In this document: piece after piece, positions 47,590 to 60,344 of the stretch
Layout of the letters: each line of letters begins with the position of its first letter
How positions within the stretch are numbered: position 1 is the first letter of the stretch
Notes under the pieces: model-generated
Database searches by the model: none
The model's input: the letters and a program-made list of their open reading frames with translations, nothing else
What the model was told of the DNA's origin: nothing
Assembly (NCBI RefSeq): GCF_963921235.1
Contig: NC_086097.1
Span: 218,862,001 to 218,926,000 of the forward strand
From: Mobula hypostoma
Lineage: Eukaryota
Direction of reading: 5' to 3'
DNA: 64,000 bases
Program-made: the position numbers and the translations under genes

Positions 47590-50500
47590 CCACCAAAACA
47601 GGTCAATGGTGGATGCCACCTCCCTAGCCCTACACTCATCTCTGGAGCACCTGAATAGCAAAGATACCTCTACTTTACTACTGCTTAGTAACAACAGCTC
47701 AGTCTCCAATAGCATAATTAAAAGCAAACATATCTCCAAGTTCCTTGACGTGGAACTTCCTGAGCATCAGACCACAATCAGTATGGATAGACAGCAACAC
47801 CTCCACCATGATTATTCTCAACACTGGTGCTTGATGAGGCTGCCTCCTCTACTCTTTATGTTACTGTACACTCATGATCGTGTGGCCAGATTCTGCTCTA
47901 ACTCCATCTGCAAGTTTGCAAAGGTTGCCACTTCAATGGGCCTGATTTCAAATAATGATAAGATGGAATGCAGAAAGGAGATAGAGACCCTACTGGCATG
48001 GTGATAGGTCAACAGTTCTCTCAATGACTTCAAGAAGGGTGGTAGTGTTCATATGCCTGTTTACATCAACGGTGCGGAGGTGAGAGATTTGGGAGTTTCA
48101 AGCCCTGAGGAGTGAAGATCACTTGTCCTAGTCCAACCATGTAACCACATAGCCAAGGAAGCTCATCAGCACCTTTACTTTCTCAAGAGGCCTGCCACCG
48201 GTGACCCACACCGATGTTTATAGATGCAGCATAGAAATCATCCCACCCAGATACATCGTGGCTTGGTATGCCAACTGCTTTACTTGAGTGTAAAAAAAAC
48301 TACCGAGAGTTGTGGACACCACTCAGCACATCGCAAAAAATAGCCCCTCCTCCACACTACTCATTGCCTCAGTAAGGCACCAACATCACCAAAGATACTC
48401 TGGACATTCTCTCATCTTCCTCCCTCCCATTGGGAAGAAAATACAACAACTGGAAGCTCGTATCATCAGGCTTAAGAACAGCTTCTATCCCACTATCATA
48501 ATTCTATTAAATGGACTCCTTGCTTGATAAAGTAGAATAAGGTAGCTGCTGTCTTTTCTTTTTTAGCTGCCTCAATATGTCAATAGGTCCTCAGAGATCT
48601 TGACACCCAGAAACCTGATATTTCTCATTCTCTCCACTTTTGATCCCTTTGTGAGGATTGATTTGTGTTCCCGCATCTTATCCTCAGAAGTCCACAATCA
48701 GCTGTTAGGTCTTGCTGACGTTGAGTGCAAGGTTGTTGCTGCGACACCACTCAACTAACTGGTATACAGTATCTCATTCCTGTACGCCATTTTGTCACCA
48801 TCTGAAATCCTGCCAGCAATGGTTGTATCATTAGCAGATTTATAGATGTTGTTTGAGCTATGCCTAGCCACATAGTCATGGGTATAGAGAGTAGAGTAGT
48901 GGGCTAAGCACAGTGGAGCACCAGTGTTAATTGTCAGCGAAGTAGGGATGTTATCTCTAATCCACACAAATTGTGGTCTTCTAGTTAGGAAGTTGAGGAT
49001 CCAGTTGCAGAGGGATGTACAGAGGCCCAGGTTCTGTAGCTTTTTGATCATGACTGTAGGGATGATGATGTGAAATGCTGAGCTATTATTAAAATGCTGA
49101 GTTATCTCACTAGTCAGAAATAAAAAAAATGATTTTAATACATTTTTATTGAGTAGTTCAGTTGACATTAAGTTATAGCATCAGATACTTGAAGGAGCTG
49201 TTAGTTCGAAGTAAATTTATTATGAAAGTACATATACAATATTGAGATTCATTTCCTTGTGGGCAATCACAGTAAGTACACAAAACACAATAGAATCAAT
49301 GGAAGACTGCATGCAACAAGATGGACAAGCAACCTATGTGTAAAAGGCAAACAGACTGCAAATACAAAATGAAAGAAAAAAGAAATAATAATAATAAATA
49401 ACCAATCAATAAATACCAAGAACATGAGATGAAAAGTCCTTGAAACTCAGTTCATAGGTTATGGGAAAAGTTCAGTGATGGGACAAGTGAAGCTGAGTGA
49501 AGTGATCCCCTTTGATTCTGATCCTTTAACTCTTGATCCTGATGATTGAGGAATAATAACTGTTCCTGAACCTGGTTCCTGATGACAGCAGCGAGATGTC
49601 CTGTATGATGTGGGTCCTTGATGATGGATGCTGTTTTCCTGCGACGGCATTCCATGTAGATGTGCTCAGTGGTGGGAAGGGCTTCACCTGTGATGGACTG
49701 GGCTGTATCCACTACTTTTAGTAGGCTTTTCCATTCATTGGTCAATAAATGAAAAATTAATGTAATGGGCATAATTCATCAATATTTTAGAATTTTGGTG
49801 CCTGAATTTTCATAATTTACAATAGGTGAGTGAAGTATTTTCCATTAATTGTCATTTCTATTAATATATATGAATAATTAATTTTACTTCCAGCTTTCAT
49901 TCCCACATCAATGCATTCACTTGAAAAACCTAATCCACTAATAAGGCATGGGAAGCAAGAATCAAATGTGGTTTACATGGTTGGACCAGGGTGGTCTATT
50001 GGTGATGGTATCTGACACTCTGCTTGTAACTGAGGTAAATGCAGTAATCCTCACCACATTTGAGCAGTGCTTGGATGTGTGGAGCAAAAAGAGAAAATGC
50101 TGGAAACACTTTGTAAGTGAAGAACCATCTATAGAAATCTCTTGCAACAGATGCTGGCTGACCTTCTGAGTGATTATAACATATTCTGTTTTTATTTCAA
50201 TTCTCCAGCATCTGCAGGTTTTGTTTTTAATTTTTAGTCATTTGAGAGTTGTATTTTCAGTGCTGTGATCTACAAAGCTATAGGTCAATTGCTAGAAAAT
50301 GAGGTTAGATTGCGTAGCTCCTTTTGAACTGGCAGAGACATGATGGGGCCAAATGATCTCTTTCTCTATCAGAGAGTTTCCTTGATTAACACTTAACTTT
50401 GTTTCCCCTTGTACTGTAACCAGAGGTGATCAATAAAAGGCTAACAATGGTAGAGACTTGAGTTGGTATGCCTTAAGGGCACTTCAAAGTTCAAAGAATA

Positions 50501-51380
50501 TTTATTATCAAAGTGCATTTATATCACCATATACAACCCTGAGATTTGTTTTCTTGCAGGCATGCTCAGTAATCCAAGAAACGTAAGACCACACCCAACA
50601 GGACAAACAACCAATGTGCAAAAGACAACAACTGCAAATGCGAAGAGAAAAAGGAGAAAATAATAATAAATAGATAAGCAATAAATATTGAGAGCATGAG
50701 ATGCAGGGTCCTTAAAAGTGATTCCATAGTTCAGTGATGGAGCGAGTGAAGTTATCACCACTGCTTCAACAGCCTGATGGTTGAGGGGTAATAACTGTTC
50801 CTGAACCTGGTGGTGAGGGTCCTGAGGCTCCTGTACCTTCTTCCTGATGGCAGTGAGAAGAGAGCATGGCCTGGGTGGTGGGAGTCCTTTTTGGTGAGTG
50901 CTGCTTTCTTGGAAGAGTGCTCCATGTAGATGTGCACAATGGTGGGGAGGGTTCTACCTGTGATGGACTGGGCTGATCCATTACTTTTTGTGGGATCTTC
51001 TGTTCTAGGGCATTGGTGTTGCCATTCCAGGCTGCAATGTAATCAGTCTATATACTCTCTACCACACATCTATAGAAATTCATCAAAGTTTTAGATGTCA
51101 GACTGAGCCTTTGCGAACTTTTAAAGAAGTAGAAGTACTGCTGTGCTTTTTTCATAATTCGACTTTCAGCCTGGGCCCAGGACAGCTCTTTTGAAATAAT
51201 AACACTGGGGAATTTAAAGCTGCTGACCCTCTCCACCTCCGGTCCCCTGATGAGAACTGGTTCATGGATCTCCTGTTTCCTTCTCCTGAAATCAATAATC
51301 AGCTCCTTGCTCTTGCTGTCGTTGAGTCAGAAGCTTTTGTTATGGCACCACTCAGCCAGGTTTTCAATCTCTGTCCTATC
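47590..51380. mobile_element. Cluster of Rex1/Babar-type LINE fragments (47590-48530 plus; 48560-49100, 49200-49740, 50480-51380 minus)
   Basis: LALHSSLEHL; LCNWILNFLTRRPQFV; LPSGRRYRSLRTLTTRFRNSYYP; ERVSSFKF...NFYRCVVESI. Confidence 0.8.
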
Positions 51381-52435
51381 TGCTGATTTGATTCAGTCCA
51401 AATTGCCACTCTTCTCTGAGCAATTTGCAGACTTTTTGCTTTATGACTCTGCCGGACAAGGAGTCACGTTTGGCTTCAGATGTGAATTTCTGTTAAACCA
51501 GTATATTTGTCAAGACTAGGTTTTGCTGCTGGGTCCTCTTTGCTTCCTGAAAAGAAGTACTTAATGTTGTTCTCTGATCATTTTCTCAAACATCCAAAGG
51601 CGTTTATAAAGGAAACTTTTGAGACTCCTTTCAGCACTCTCATGTGAAAATCCAGCTTCTGCACCACTCTGCTGATAACTAGTTTCAGCAAATTGTCTGA
51701 AAAATTTGTGTACCAAAGACAGCATCTTCTTTTAAGGAAGAATTATCAGGACCTGTCTAATGGTGTGTATGAGTGATTTCCTCAAGAAAAGAAAATGAAT
51801 ATGTTATGTAGGTCTATTCCAGCAAAATCAAGTCATTGAAAGTTAATGTTATAAAAAGACAGAAAACGGTGACTGATGTTCACACCACCTACTGCATTGC
51901 AGTAGCTTTTCTATAATCTGCCTAAAATACGGCAAAAAAATACAATTTTTAAGTTAATTTTCAAACAGTTTTGATCTCCATTTCCAGAGATACAGGAAGA
52001 CTTATATTTCTGAAGCATTGCCGTGCAAAACAAAACGGAAAATCACCAGTGCTGAGGTGACCAACCCTAAAGCCCAGTAAAAGACTCGAACAAATTAACC
52101 CATTAGCATCCCTTCTGATCAACAGTCCCTCCAGGCGGTTCTCCCGCTGCAGTAGATTGTAAGTCAGAGAGAGAAACCGGTCTTCATGAGAAATCAAATT
52201 ATTTGTAGCCTGCAGGCTGGAGATTCAGTGAATAGCTTTGGATTACCAAGACTGTTTCATACTCTATTTCTTTTATTGTCTCAGGATTTAATGGGTCTTA
52301 TTTTTCCTCTCTCCTTTGTCATTTACAATGTGTTTTAATAAATGGTGTTTATATATATCCCATAAGCAAGCTACTTTTCAGGAGTGCTCAGGTATAGAAA
52401 ATGATGCAACCGTCTGGGTTTTTCCATACATACAT

Positions 52436-52436
<1 letters not shown>

Positions 52437-52490
<54 letters not shown>
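52437..52490. repeat. (CA)27 microsatellite
   Basis: Direct read. Confidence 0.97.
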
Positions 52491-52492
<2 letters not shown>

Positions 52493-52899
52493 GAGTGTGC
52501 AAGTGCATATTGATCTAACCAAACTGAATAGAGATTGAAAATGGTGAAGTTCAATGCCAACATATTGCACAGGACACTTTATCTGTATGAAAACTACATT
52601 GATTGGAGATTTGATATAGCATAATAAATCAATCATTGCTGTATTCAATCACATCATGTGACAACTTCAGTAGTAAACAGACTTTAAAATGCTCCTTTCC
52701 ATGCTGGTGGCAAAGAAACATAATCCATAAAAATTACCAATTTATCAAACTGTCAAATATAGATGATGCATTTTCGCAGTTGGATTGTCTTCAAATATCG
52801 CATTGGTGAAGATAAATATATAAGTGTGTTGCATTCGGGGCAATAGAAATGTAGACCTGAGTTGCAGTGAGGTAACATTACTAATACATCAGTAAGCGT

Positions 52900-53458
52900 G
52901 TTGGTGAATATAAGACTGGTGTTATATTTGAATGCAAATAACGTACAGAGCAAAGTAGTCGAGCTTATTGCACAGTTAGAAATTAATGGGTACGACATTA
53001 TGGTTGTCTCAGAGCTATGGCTGAAAGAAGTTCACTTCTGGGACCTAAATATCCAAAGATACACATCCTATTGAAAAGACTGATAGGTGGGCATAGGGTG
53101 GTTCTGTTGGTTAAAAAAAAAGGAAATCAAATCCTTAGTAAGAAGTGACATGGATCAGAAGATGTAGAATCCTTGTGGGTAGAGTTAGGAAACAGTCAGG
53201 GTAAAAAGACCCTGACGGGAGTTACATACAGGCCTCTGATCAGTGGCCAGGATATGGGATATAAATTACAATGGGAAATAGAAAAGGCATGTAAAAAGAG
53301 CAGTGTTACAATAATCATGGGGGATTTCAATATGCAGGGATATTGGGAAAATTAGGTTGGTGCTGGATCCCAAGAGAATTTGTAGAATGCCTATGAGATG
53401 GCTTTGTAGAGTAGATCGTGGTTGAACCCTGTTGGGTAAAGGCATTTCTGGATTTGGT
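52900..53458 (+). mobile_element. CR1 endonuclease fragment (target of the Penelope insertion)
   Basis: LYLNA...; WVELGNSQGKKTLTGVTYRP; IIMGDFN. Confidence 0.8.
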
Positions 53459-53460
53459 CC

Positions 53461-54102
53461 TCCCACCACCCCACTAGGAATAGGGTTCCCCTGGTTCTCA
53501 CCTACCACCCCACCAGCCTCCGGGTCCAACATACTATTCTCCGTAACTTCCGCCACCTCCAACGGGATCCCACCACTAAGCATATCTTTCCCTCCCCCCC
53601 TCTCTCTGCATTCCGCAGGGATCGCTCCCTACACAACTCCCTTGTCCATTCGTCCCCCCCATCCCTCCCCACTGATCTCCCTCCTGGCACTTATCCGTGT
53701 AAGCGGAACAAGTGCTACACATGCCCTTACACTTCCTCCCTTACCACCATTCAGGGCCCCAAACAGTCCTTCCAGGTGAGGCATCACTTCACCTGTGAGT
53801 CGACTGGGGTGATATACTGCGTCCGGTGCTCCCGATGTGGCCTTTTATATATTGGTGAGACCCGACGCAGACTGGGAGACCGCTTTGCTGAACATCTACG
53901 CTCTGTCCGCCAGAGAAAGCAGGATCTCCCAGTGGCCACACATTTTAATTCCACATCCCATTCCCATTCTGACATGTCTATCCACGGCCTCCTCTACTGT
54001 AAAGATGAAGCCACACTCAGGTTGGAGGAACAACACCTTATATTCCGTATGGGTAGCCTCCAACCTGATGGCATGAACATTGACTTCTCTAACTTCCGCT
54101 AG
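53461..54102 (+). pseudogene. Penelope-like linker + GIY-YIG endonuclease, uninterrupted but 5'-truncated
   Basis: RVPLVLTYHP...CKRNKCYTC...VIYCVRCSRCGLLYIGETRRRLGDRFAEH...GMNIDFSNFR*; same frame as track ORF 53776-54102. Confidence 0.9.
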
Positions 54103-54395
54103 GCCCCACCTCCCCCTCGTACCCCATCTGTTACTCTTTTTTATGCACACATTCTTTCTCTCACTCTCCTTTTTCTCCCTCTGTCCCTCTGAATATACCT
54201 CTTGCCCATCCTCTGGGTCACCCCCCCCTCCGTCTTTCTTCCCGGACCTCCTGTCCCATGATCCTCTCGTATCCCCTTCTGCCTATCACCTGTCCAGCTC
54301 TCGGCTCCATCCCTCCCCCTCCTGTCTTCTCCTATCATTTTGCATCTCCCCCTCCCCCTCCAGCTTTCAAATCCCTTACTCACTCTTCCTTCAGT

Positions 54396-54433
54396 TAGTC
54401 CTGACGAAGGGTCTCGGCCTGAAACGTCGACTG
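54396..54433 (+). ncRNA. Minimal type I hammerhead ribozyme (intact core)
   Basis: TAGTC CTGACGA AGGGTCTCGGCCT GAAAC GTC GACTG, identical to 12328-12365. Confidence 0.88.
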
Positions 54434-54690
54434 CACCTCTTCCTAGAGATGCTGCCTGGCCTGTTGCGTTCACCAGCAACTTTGATGTGTGTTTCTGGAT
54501 TTGGTGTTGGGATGTTCTGAAAGGGCCACAATAGTTACTGAATAGATACTTTTCTTTCTGAGATCATTGCCACTGTATAAATCTGTTACATATGATGTAA
54601 TCTCACAGTCGGTAGTATATACCTTACGTTGCAGAAATACCAGGATTGGTGGTGGTTCTCAAAGATGAGAAATAACTTAATGATATGGTT

Positions 54691-54871
54691 GTAACACGCG
54701 CAAAATACTTGAGGAACCTCACAGGTCAGGCAGCATCTATGGAAAAGAGTAAACAGTCGACATTGCGGGTTGAGACCCTTCATTGGGACTGCTGCCTGAC
54801 CTGCTGAGTCCCTCTAGCATTTTGTGTGAGTTGCTTAGATTTCCAACATCTGCAGATTTTCTCTTGTTTGA
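54691..54871. mobile_element. Palindromic Penelope-tail insertion with 13-bp TSD
   Basis: TAATGATATGGTT at 54678-54690 and 54872-54884. Minus arm has a decayed core; plus arm lacks the core but carries the long tail. Confidence 0.88.
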
Positions 54872-55139
54872 TAATGATATGGTTATTGAGTTAGTGTAAT
54901 AAGGTCAAGTAAACAGAGTAGATGGCATGTAATAATTTGTGGACCAACTGTTGTTTACTGATGTCACATATTGACATACAATACACACACTCACACTCAC
55001 CCTCACACACTCACTCTTATTCCGCTATTAAAAAAGATCATGGCTAATATGATTCTAAGCTTTGTCAACTTTACACCCTTGCTTTTCAAGTATCTATTTC
55101 AGCTTCAGAATCACAATTGCAATAAAAATGGTAGAGGTA

Positions 55140-58100
55140 TGTTCGTGGTCTTCTGCTGCTGTAGCCCGTCCATTTCAAGGTTCAATGTGTTGTTCAGAGA
55201 TGCTCTTCTGCAACAGTGTGGTTACTTGAGTTACTATCACCTCCCAGCGTGGCCATTCTCCTCTGACCTCGCTCATTAACGAGATGTTTTCAGGCTCAGT
55301 ACTGCCTCTCGCTGGATGCTTTTTGTTTTTCACATGACTCTCTATAAACCCTAGAGCAGCCTTTCTCAACCTTTTTGCCCTGGAGGAACCCTTGATATAA
55401 TTTTCAGGTCTCAGGGAATCCCTGCATAAAAATTATTATATCTCCAGCTCACAGTACGTTAGCATGATCAGTAAAGTCTAGATATAATAATCAAAAATAC
55501 AATTGTCAAGACTCTTTTGAGTAGAGAATGGATTTTTAGCAACCTTTCTTGAAAAAAAACATAGTTTAGCTTAGCTTACCTTTCTTGAAATTAATCTCTT
55601 TCTTTCCTCTTTCATAAATCTTTAAAAAGTCATTAGGCAAACATAATAAATTTCTGTTAAATAACTGGTTTAAGCCAAAATGGGATTTAATTTTTCTAAA
55701 GGTAGGCTCAGTAGATTTAATTTAAATGAATGTTGTCAATTGATTTTAATTGATGCTATTTACAACATGAACATGTATTGACAATGTTGAATTGTAAAGT
55801 TACTAAAAGCCATAAGCCAAAGCAAAATGAATAAAAATATAGCCTAAGACACAATTTTATACAAGAGTTTTGGAAAAAAAATTCTTACTGGTGACATGAT
55901 CAGGTTCAATTATAGGCCTAGCATGTGAAACCTGTACTTGTTTATTTGCTGCACAAATACTCAATTCTGGGTCAAACTTGAGATAAGCAATCACAGATTT
56001 CAGTTTGAACTGAAATGAGATGATTTCTATCCTTGCTCTTAATGCTTGTTAAACAAGAAAAAGCTTGCTCACACATGTAAGAAGTTGAAAACTGCAGCAA
56101 AGTGTTCATTGCTTTCCTATGAGTGGCAGGATACTCTTCTTTTACAGAAATCCAGAACTTCTCCGGGGCAGGTCAGTAAATCTTATCTTGAGTGCACGAT
56201 CAGACCGCAGCTCTTCACTCAAGGTCTAAGTTCTCAGGCTGAGCAGAAGATTCAGAGAAACGGTCCCTCACCCAGTCATACACTTGTGTTGAAAGGGAGG
56301 AAAAATACTGTTCAATTTTGTTCTGCAGTTCTTCCAGGTGGTTTCAATAAGACTCTGATATCCTTCCTCACTCTCAAGCCCAAGCAGCAGTGGAAACAGT
56401 TCAAGATTTCCTTTTGCAACATGATTTTTCCAAAGATTCAGTTTACTTTTAAATTCAAGAATCTTGTCACTTGAAGTGAAAGCATTTTCTCCAGGGCCTT
56501 GCAGGAGCTTGTTCAACTAGTACATACGATGAAAAATGCCTGCTAAGTAGGCTAGTTTCTGCAGCCTTTCTTCATCTTCAAAGCACTCAGCAAAGTTTGG
56601 CCGACTATTTTCCTGAAAGTACTCCTGCAATTCACCTTTCAGCTTAAACACTCTGTTGAGAACTCTTCCTCTGCTAAGCCACCAGATTTCTGTATGTAGC
56701 AGGCGATTGGTGTGTTCTTTGTCCAAGTTTTCACACATATTTTAAAACATTCTCGAGTGAACTGGTCATTGTTTAACAAAGTTAACTATTTTTGTAGCAT
56801 CATCCAGAACATTTTTCATTTCATCTTCAAGAGTTTTTGACCTCAGCACCTCTCTGTGAAGAAAGCAGTGTGTTGTGACGTCAGGATTTGATTTTTTTAC
56901 AAGAGAAACGAAACCTCTCGTGGAGCCAACGACTGATCGGGCACTGTCTGTACCAATGCCAACGCCGTTCCTCCAAGACAGACCTTTTATTTTCAGATAT
57001 GAAGACAAAGTAATAAATATATCTTGCCCTTTGCTTGTTTCAGGCAGCACTCTGCAACAGAAAATACTTTCTTGAATTTCACTATCATTTACAAATCTTA
57101 CAAATGCTACAACATGACATTTATTGGTGAAGTCTATTGACTCATCAATCTAGATAGGGAAGCTGATGTTTTTCAGTTTATCACACAAATCCTCTTCAGC
57201 ATCATGTGACATGTCATCAATACTTTGACTTATCGTACTCTTTGAGAGTAAAACCTTTTCAGTTTGTCGTACTGCATCTTGTGGCATTATTAGGTTCTCA
57301 CCAACTGTGTGACTTCTCTTTTTCTGGGTAATAAGTGCTGCTACTAAATAACTGAACTTCCTTTTACTGACTGTGACTTTACCAGCAAAAGCTTTACTCT
57401 GTTTTGAGATTCCAATAGCTGTTTAAAATAATTAGCACTTTTACGTGTCATATAGCTGTGATTTGTAGTTAAGTGTCTTTTTAGTTTTGCTGGAGCCATT
57501 GCTGCATTTGTAAGTTGTTTGCCACAGACTAGGCACAATGGAATAGGACAACTTGGATCACCAGTCCATTTAAAACCCATTGATAAGTAGCTTTCATTGT
57601 AAAGACGGACTTTTTTGTGTTCATTGTTGCACTAGTGCAGTGAAATGACTCAGAAGATTATAATTCTTCATCATTAACCTCATCAGAATTGTCTGTAGGC
57701 CTAGGCCTAGAATCTTCCCCTTCAAACATTGCCATATTGGACTTTCTGATATGTCTGTAAAACACAGGGATTAATAAAGTACCCGGTGTGTATTTTACAC
57801 AGGGAGAGGCTGACGTCACAGACCAAGCTGGGTGAGTCCATTCAATGCTGGGAAAACACATTTCACACTCCTCATCTGCCTACCGTCCTCCCTTCAGACT
57901 CAACCAAATAAATACAGTTCTACTGTGCATTGCCACACTGGGCTGAGAGATCTCTAACAGTATTGCTAATGGCACTGCTCGGCCACTGCTCACCACTGTG
58001 AGTGCTAGCATCGCGAGTTGCACTAAGTTCAAAAGACGACGGTTTTTTTTAAAATCATGATCTTTCACGGAACCCCTAGTGACCTCTTGTGGAACCCTGG

Positions 58101-58310
58101 TTGAGAAACCCTGCTCTAGATACTGTTGTGAATGAAAACCTCAGGAGATCAGCAGCTTCTGAGATACACAGAGCACTCTGTCTGGCACTAACATTCATTC
58201 CACGGTTCAAGTCACTTAAATCAGATTTCTTCCCCATTCTGATGTTTGGTCTGAACCTCTTGACTGTACCTGCATGCTTTTATCCATGGAGGTGTACCTA
58301 ATAAAGGGGT
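55140..58310 (-). mobile_element. Tc1-like relic split by the hAT insertion (pieces 55140-55356 and 58122-58310)
   Basis: gttcagagatgctcttctgc...ggccattctcctctgacct...taaaccctagag|actgttgtgaatgaaaa...agatcagcag...aggtgtacctaataaag resembles fish Tc1 sequence as I recall it. Confidence 0.65.
55357..58113 (-). mobile_element. hAT (Charlie/Buster-type) transposon with disrupted transposase
   Basis: TIRs CAGCCTTTCTCAACC / GGTTGAGAAACCCTG. 8-bp flanks CCCTAGAG / CTCTAGAT (NTCTAGAN-type target). BED finger PLCLVCGKQL...KLKRHLTTNH, HCFLHREVL, LLHTEIWWLSRGRVL, split over several frames. Confidence 0.92.
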
Positions 58311-58573
58311 ATAAATTTCTTGAAACACATCTTTAAAAGAGGATAGCTTACAAATTCGATCATGTAGTTCTGCTTTTTTCAATGTAGTAATATTGAAAAT
58401 CAAGTTAATTATAACTATTTCCATGTTGTTTTGTGTTTCCTTGTCCAAATAGCATTGTCAAATGGTAGTATTCCCTGTTCAATGATCCCTTCTTTCAGAT
58501 TTTAACATAATATACTTAGAAATTAATTTCCTCAAATCCAAGCCAAAAGGTGCTTCAAAGTTGAATATTGGTA

Positions 58574-60111
58574 CAGGTGTCCCCTGCTTTTCAAATGTTC
58601 ACTTTACGAAACTTCACTGTTACGAAAGACCTACATTAGTTACCTGTTTTCGCTAATGGGAGGTGTTTTCACTGTTACGATAAAAGGCAGTGCGTGCCCC
58701 GAGCAGCCAAGCTCCTCCCCCGGAACTGCATTCTAGCCGGCATTGCTTAAACACGTGCCTGTGAGCAGCCGTTAGCAAGATGAGTTCTAAGGTACCGGAA
58801 AAGCCTAAAAGAGCTCGTAAGGGTGTTACACTTAGCGTAAAACTAGATATAATTAAGCATTTCGATCGTGGTGAATGAAGTAAGGGCAAAGTGAGTTTGG
58901 GTTGTGGAAGTCGACGGAGATGATGTTGAAGAGGTTTTGGCATCCCATGACCAAGAACTGATAGATGAAGAGCTGATGCAATTGGAAGAGGAGAGGATAA
59001 CAATGGAAACCGAATGCAGTAGCGAACGGTCCGAAAGTGAAGTCGTCCAGGAACTGAACGTGAAGCAGCTGTGTGAGATTTTCGCTGCAATGATTGCAGA
59101 AAAGTACGACTTTAATTTTGAAAGGGTACGTTGGCTTAGGGCATATTTGCAGGATGGTTTGAGTGCTTACAAAGAGCTGTATGATAGAAAAATGTGCGAG
59201 GCTAAGCAGTCGAGCATAGTGTCATTTTTCAAGCCTTCCACCTCAGCCACAGCAGACGACAAACCTCGATCTTCGACATCGAGGCAGGCAGACATAGAAG
59301 AAGATGGCCTGCCTGCCCTGATGGAAACAGATGACGATGAGATGACACCCCAGTGTCCCACCACTTCAACCTCCAGGCCGCAGACCGATACTGATCTGCG
59401 AAGCGTGCAGTGGTGCAGCGGTAGCTGGGACGCACCCAGCACATCTTTAAGAAAAAAGCTGAAATAAACAAGTAATTAATTAGGTGCCGCCCGGCACATA
59501 ATTAATTAGCTTGTTTATTTCGGCTTTTTTCTTAAAGATGTGCTGGGTGCATCCCAGCTACCACTGCATTCTCCGCGGATCGGTATCGGTTCGCTGCTCG
59601 GAAGTTGGGGACCACTGCACCACCCCAACCTCTGACGACTCAGCCTAACACACGATCATCAGTGTGCTCGGCGCTGTCTTCCCGATTCCGGTAAGTGATA
59701 CTGCACTGTACGTACATTATTTCTACTTTATATAGGCTGTGTATTTTTATGCGTTATTTGGTATGATTTGGCAGCTTCATAGCTTAAAGGTTACTGGAGA
59801 GAATGTTTCTGCCGAGAGCGCTTGCGTGAGATTTTTGTTACGGAGAACAGTGCGGCAATGATTGTAGAAAAGTGTTTCTACTTTATATAGGCTGTGTATT
59901 TATCATATCATTCCTGCTTTTACTATATGTTACTGTTATTTTAGGTCTTATGTGTTATTTGGCATGATTTGGTAGGTTATTTTTTGGGTCTGCGAACGCT
60001 CACAAATTTTTCCCATATAAATAAATGGTAATTGCTTCTTCACTTTACGAAATTCCGGCTTACGAACCATTTCATAGGAACGCTCTACCTTCGGATGGCG
60101 GGGGAAACCTG
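58574..60111 (+). mobile_element. Internally deleted Tigger/pogo DNA transposon, copy 2
   Basis: TA-CAGGTGTCCCC...GGGGAAACCTG-TA. MSSKVPEKPKRARKGVTLSVKLDIIKHFDRGE, then acidic C-terminus (ORF 58904-59467). Homologous to 28208-29639. Confidence 0.92.
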
Positions 60112-60344
60112 TATAATTCTGAGAGCACAGCAACATTGCACACATATCTGGGTGTTTTTATTACCCACTATGAAACTTGGTGTCTGAATTCTCAGTAAGA
60201 ATTTTGTTTGTCTGAGCAAACCTGTTGTTCTGATATACTTTCTGATATTCCCAATCCTGAATGATGTCACCAGTAGCACAAAACTAAAAATACATTATCA
60301 TGAGATTTTCAACCTCAATATTTTGAAAAGTCCTTAAGGCTCTT

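Larger units (their letters stand above)
53459..54491 (+). mobile_element. Young 5'-truncated Penelope-like element with 14-bp TSD
   Basis: TTTCTGGATTTGGT at 53445-53458 and 54492-54505. Open GIY-YIG frame, pyrimidine-rich 3' UTR, intact hammerhead. Confidence 0.95.

Noticed and set aside
52316..52648. His/Thr- and Cys/Val-repeat ORFs
   Set aside because: Translations of the (CA)n microsatellite.
55357..58113. Domesticated ZBED/GTF2IRD2-like gene
   Set aside because: Multiple frameshifts/stops and retained TIRs indicate a dead transposon.
58904..59467. 187-aa acidic ORF as a host gene (TIGD-like domestication)
   Set aside because: Lies inside TIRs with a TA TSD, lacks the catalytic domain, has a stop in the upstream HTH, and has a decayed paralogue at 28208-29639.
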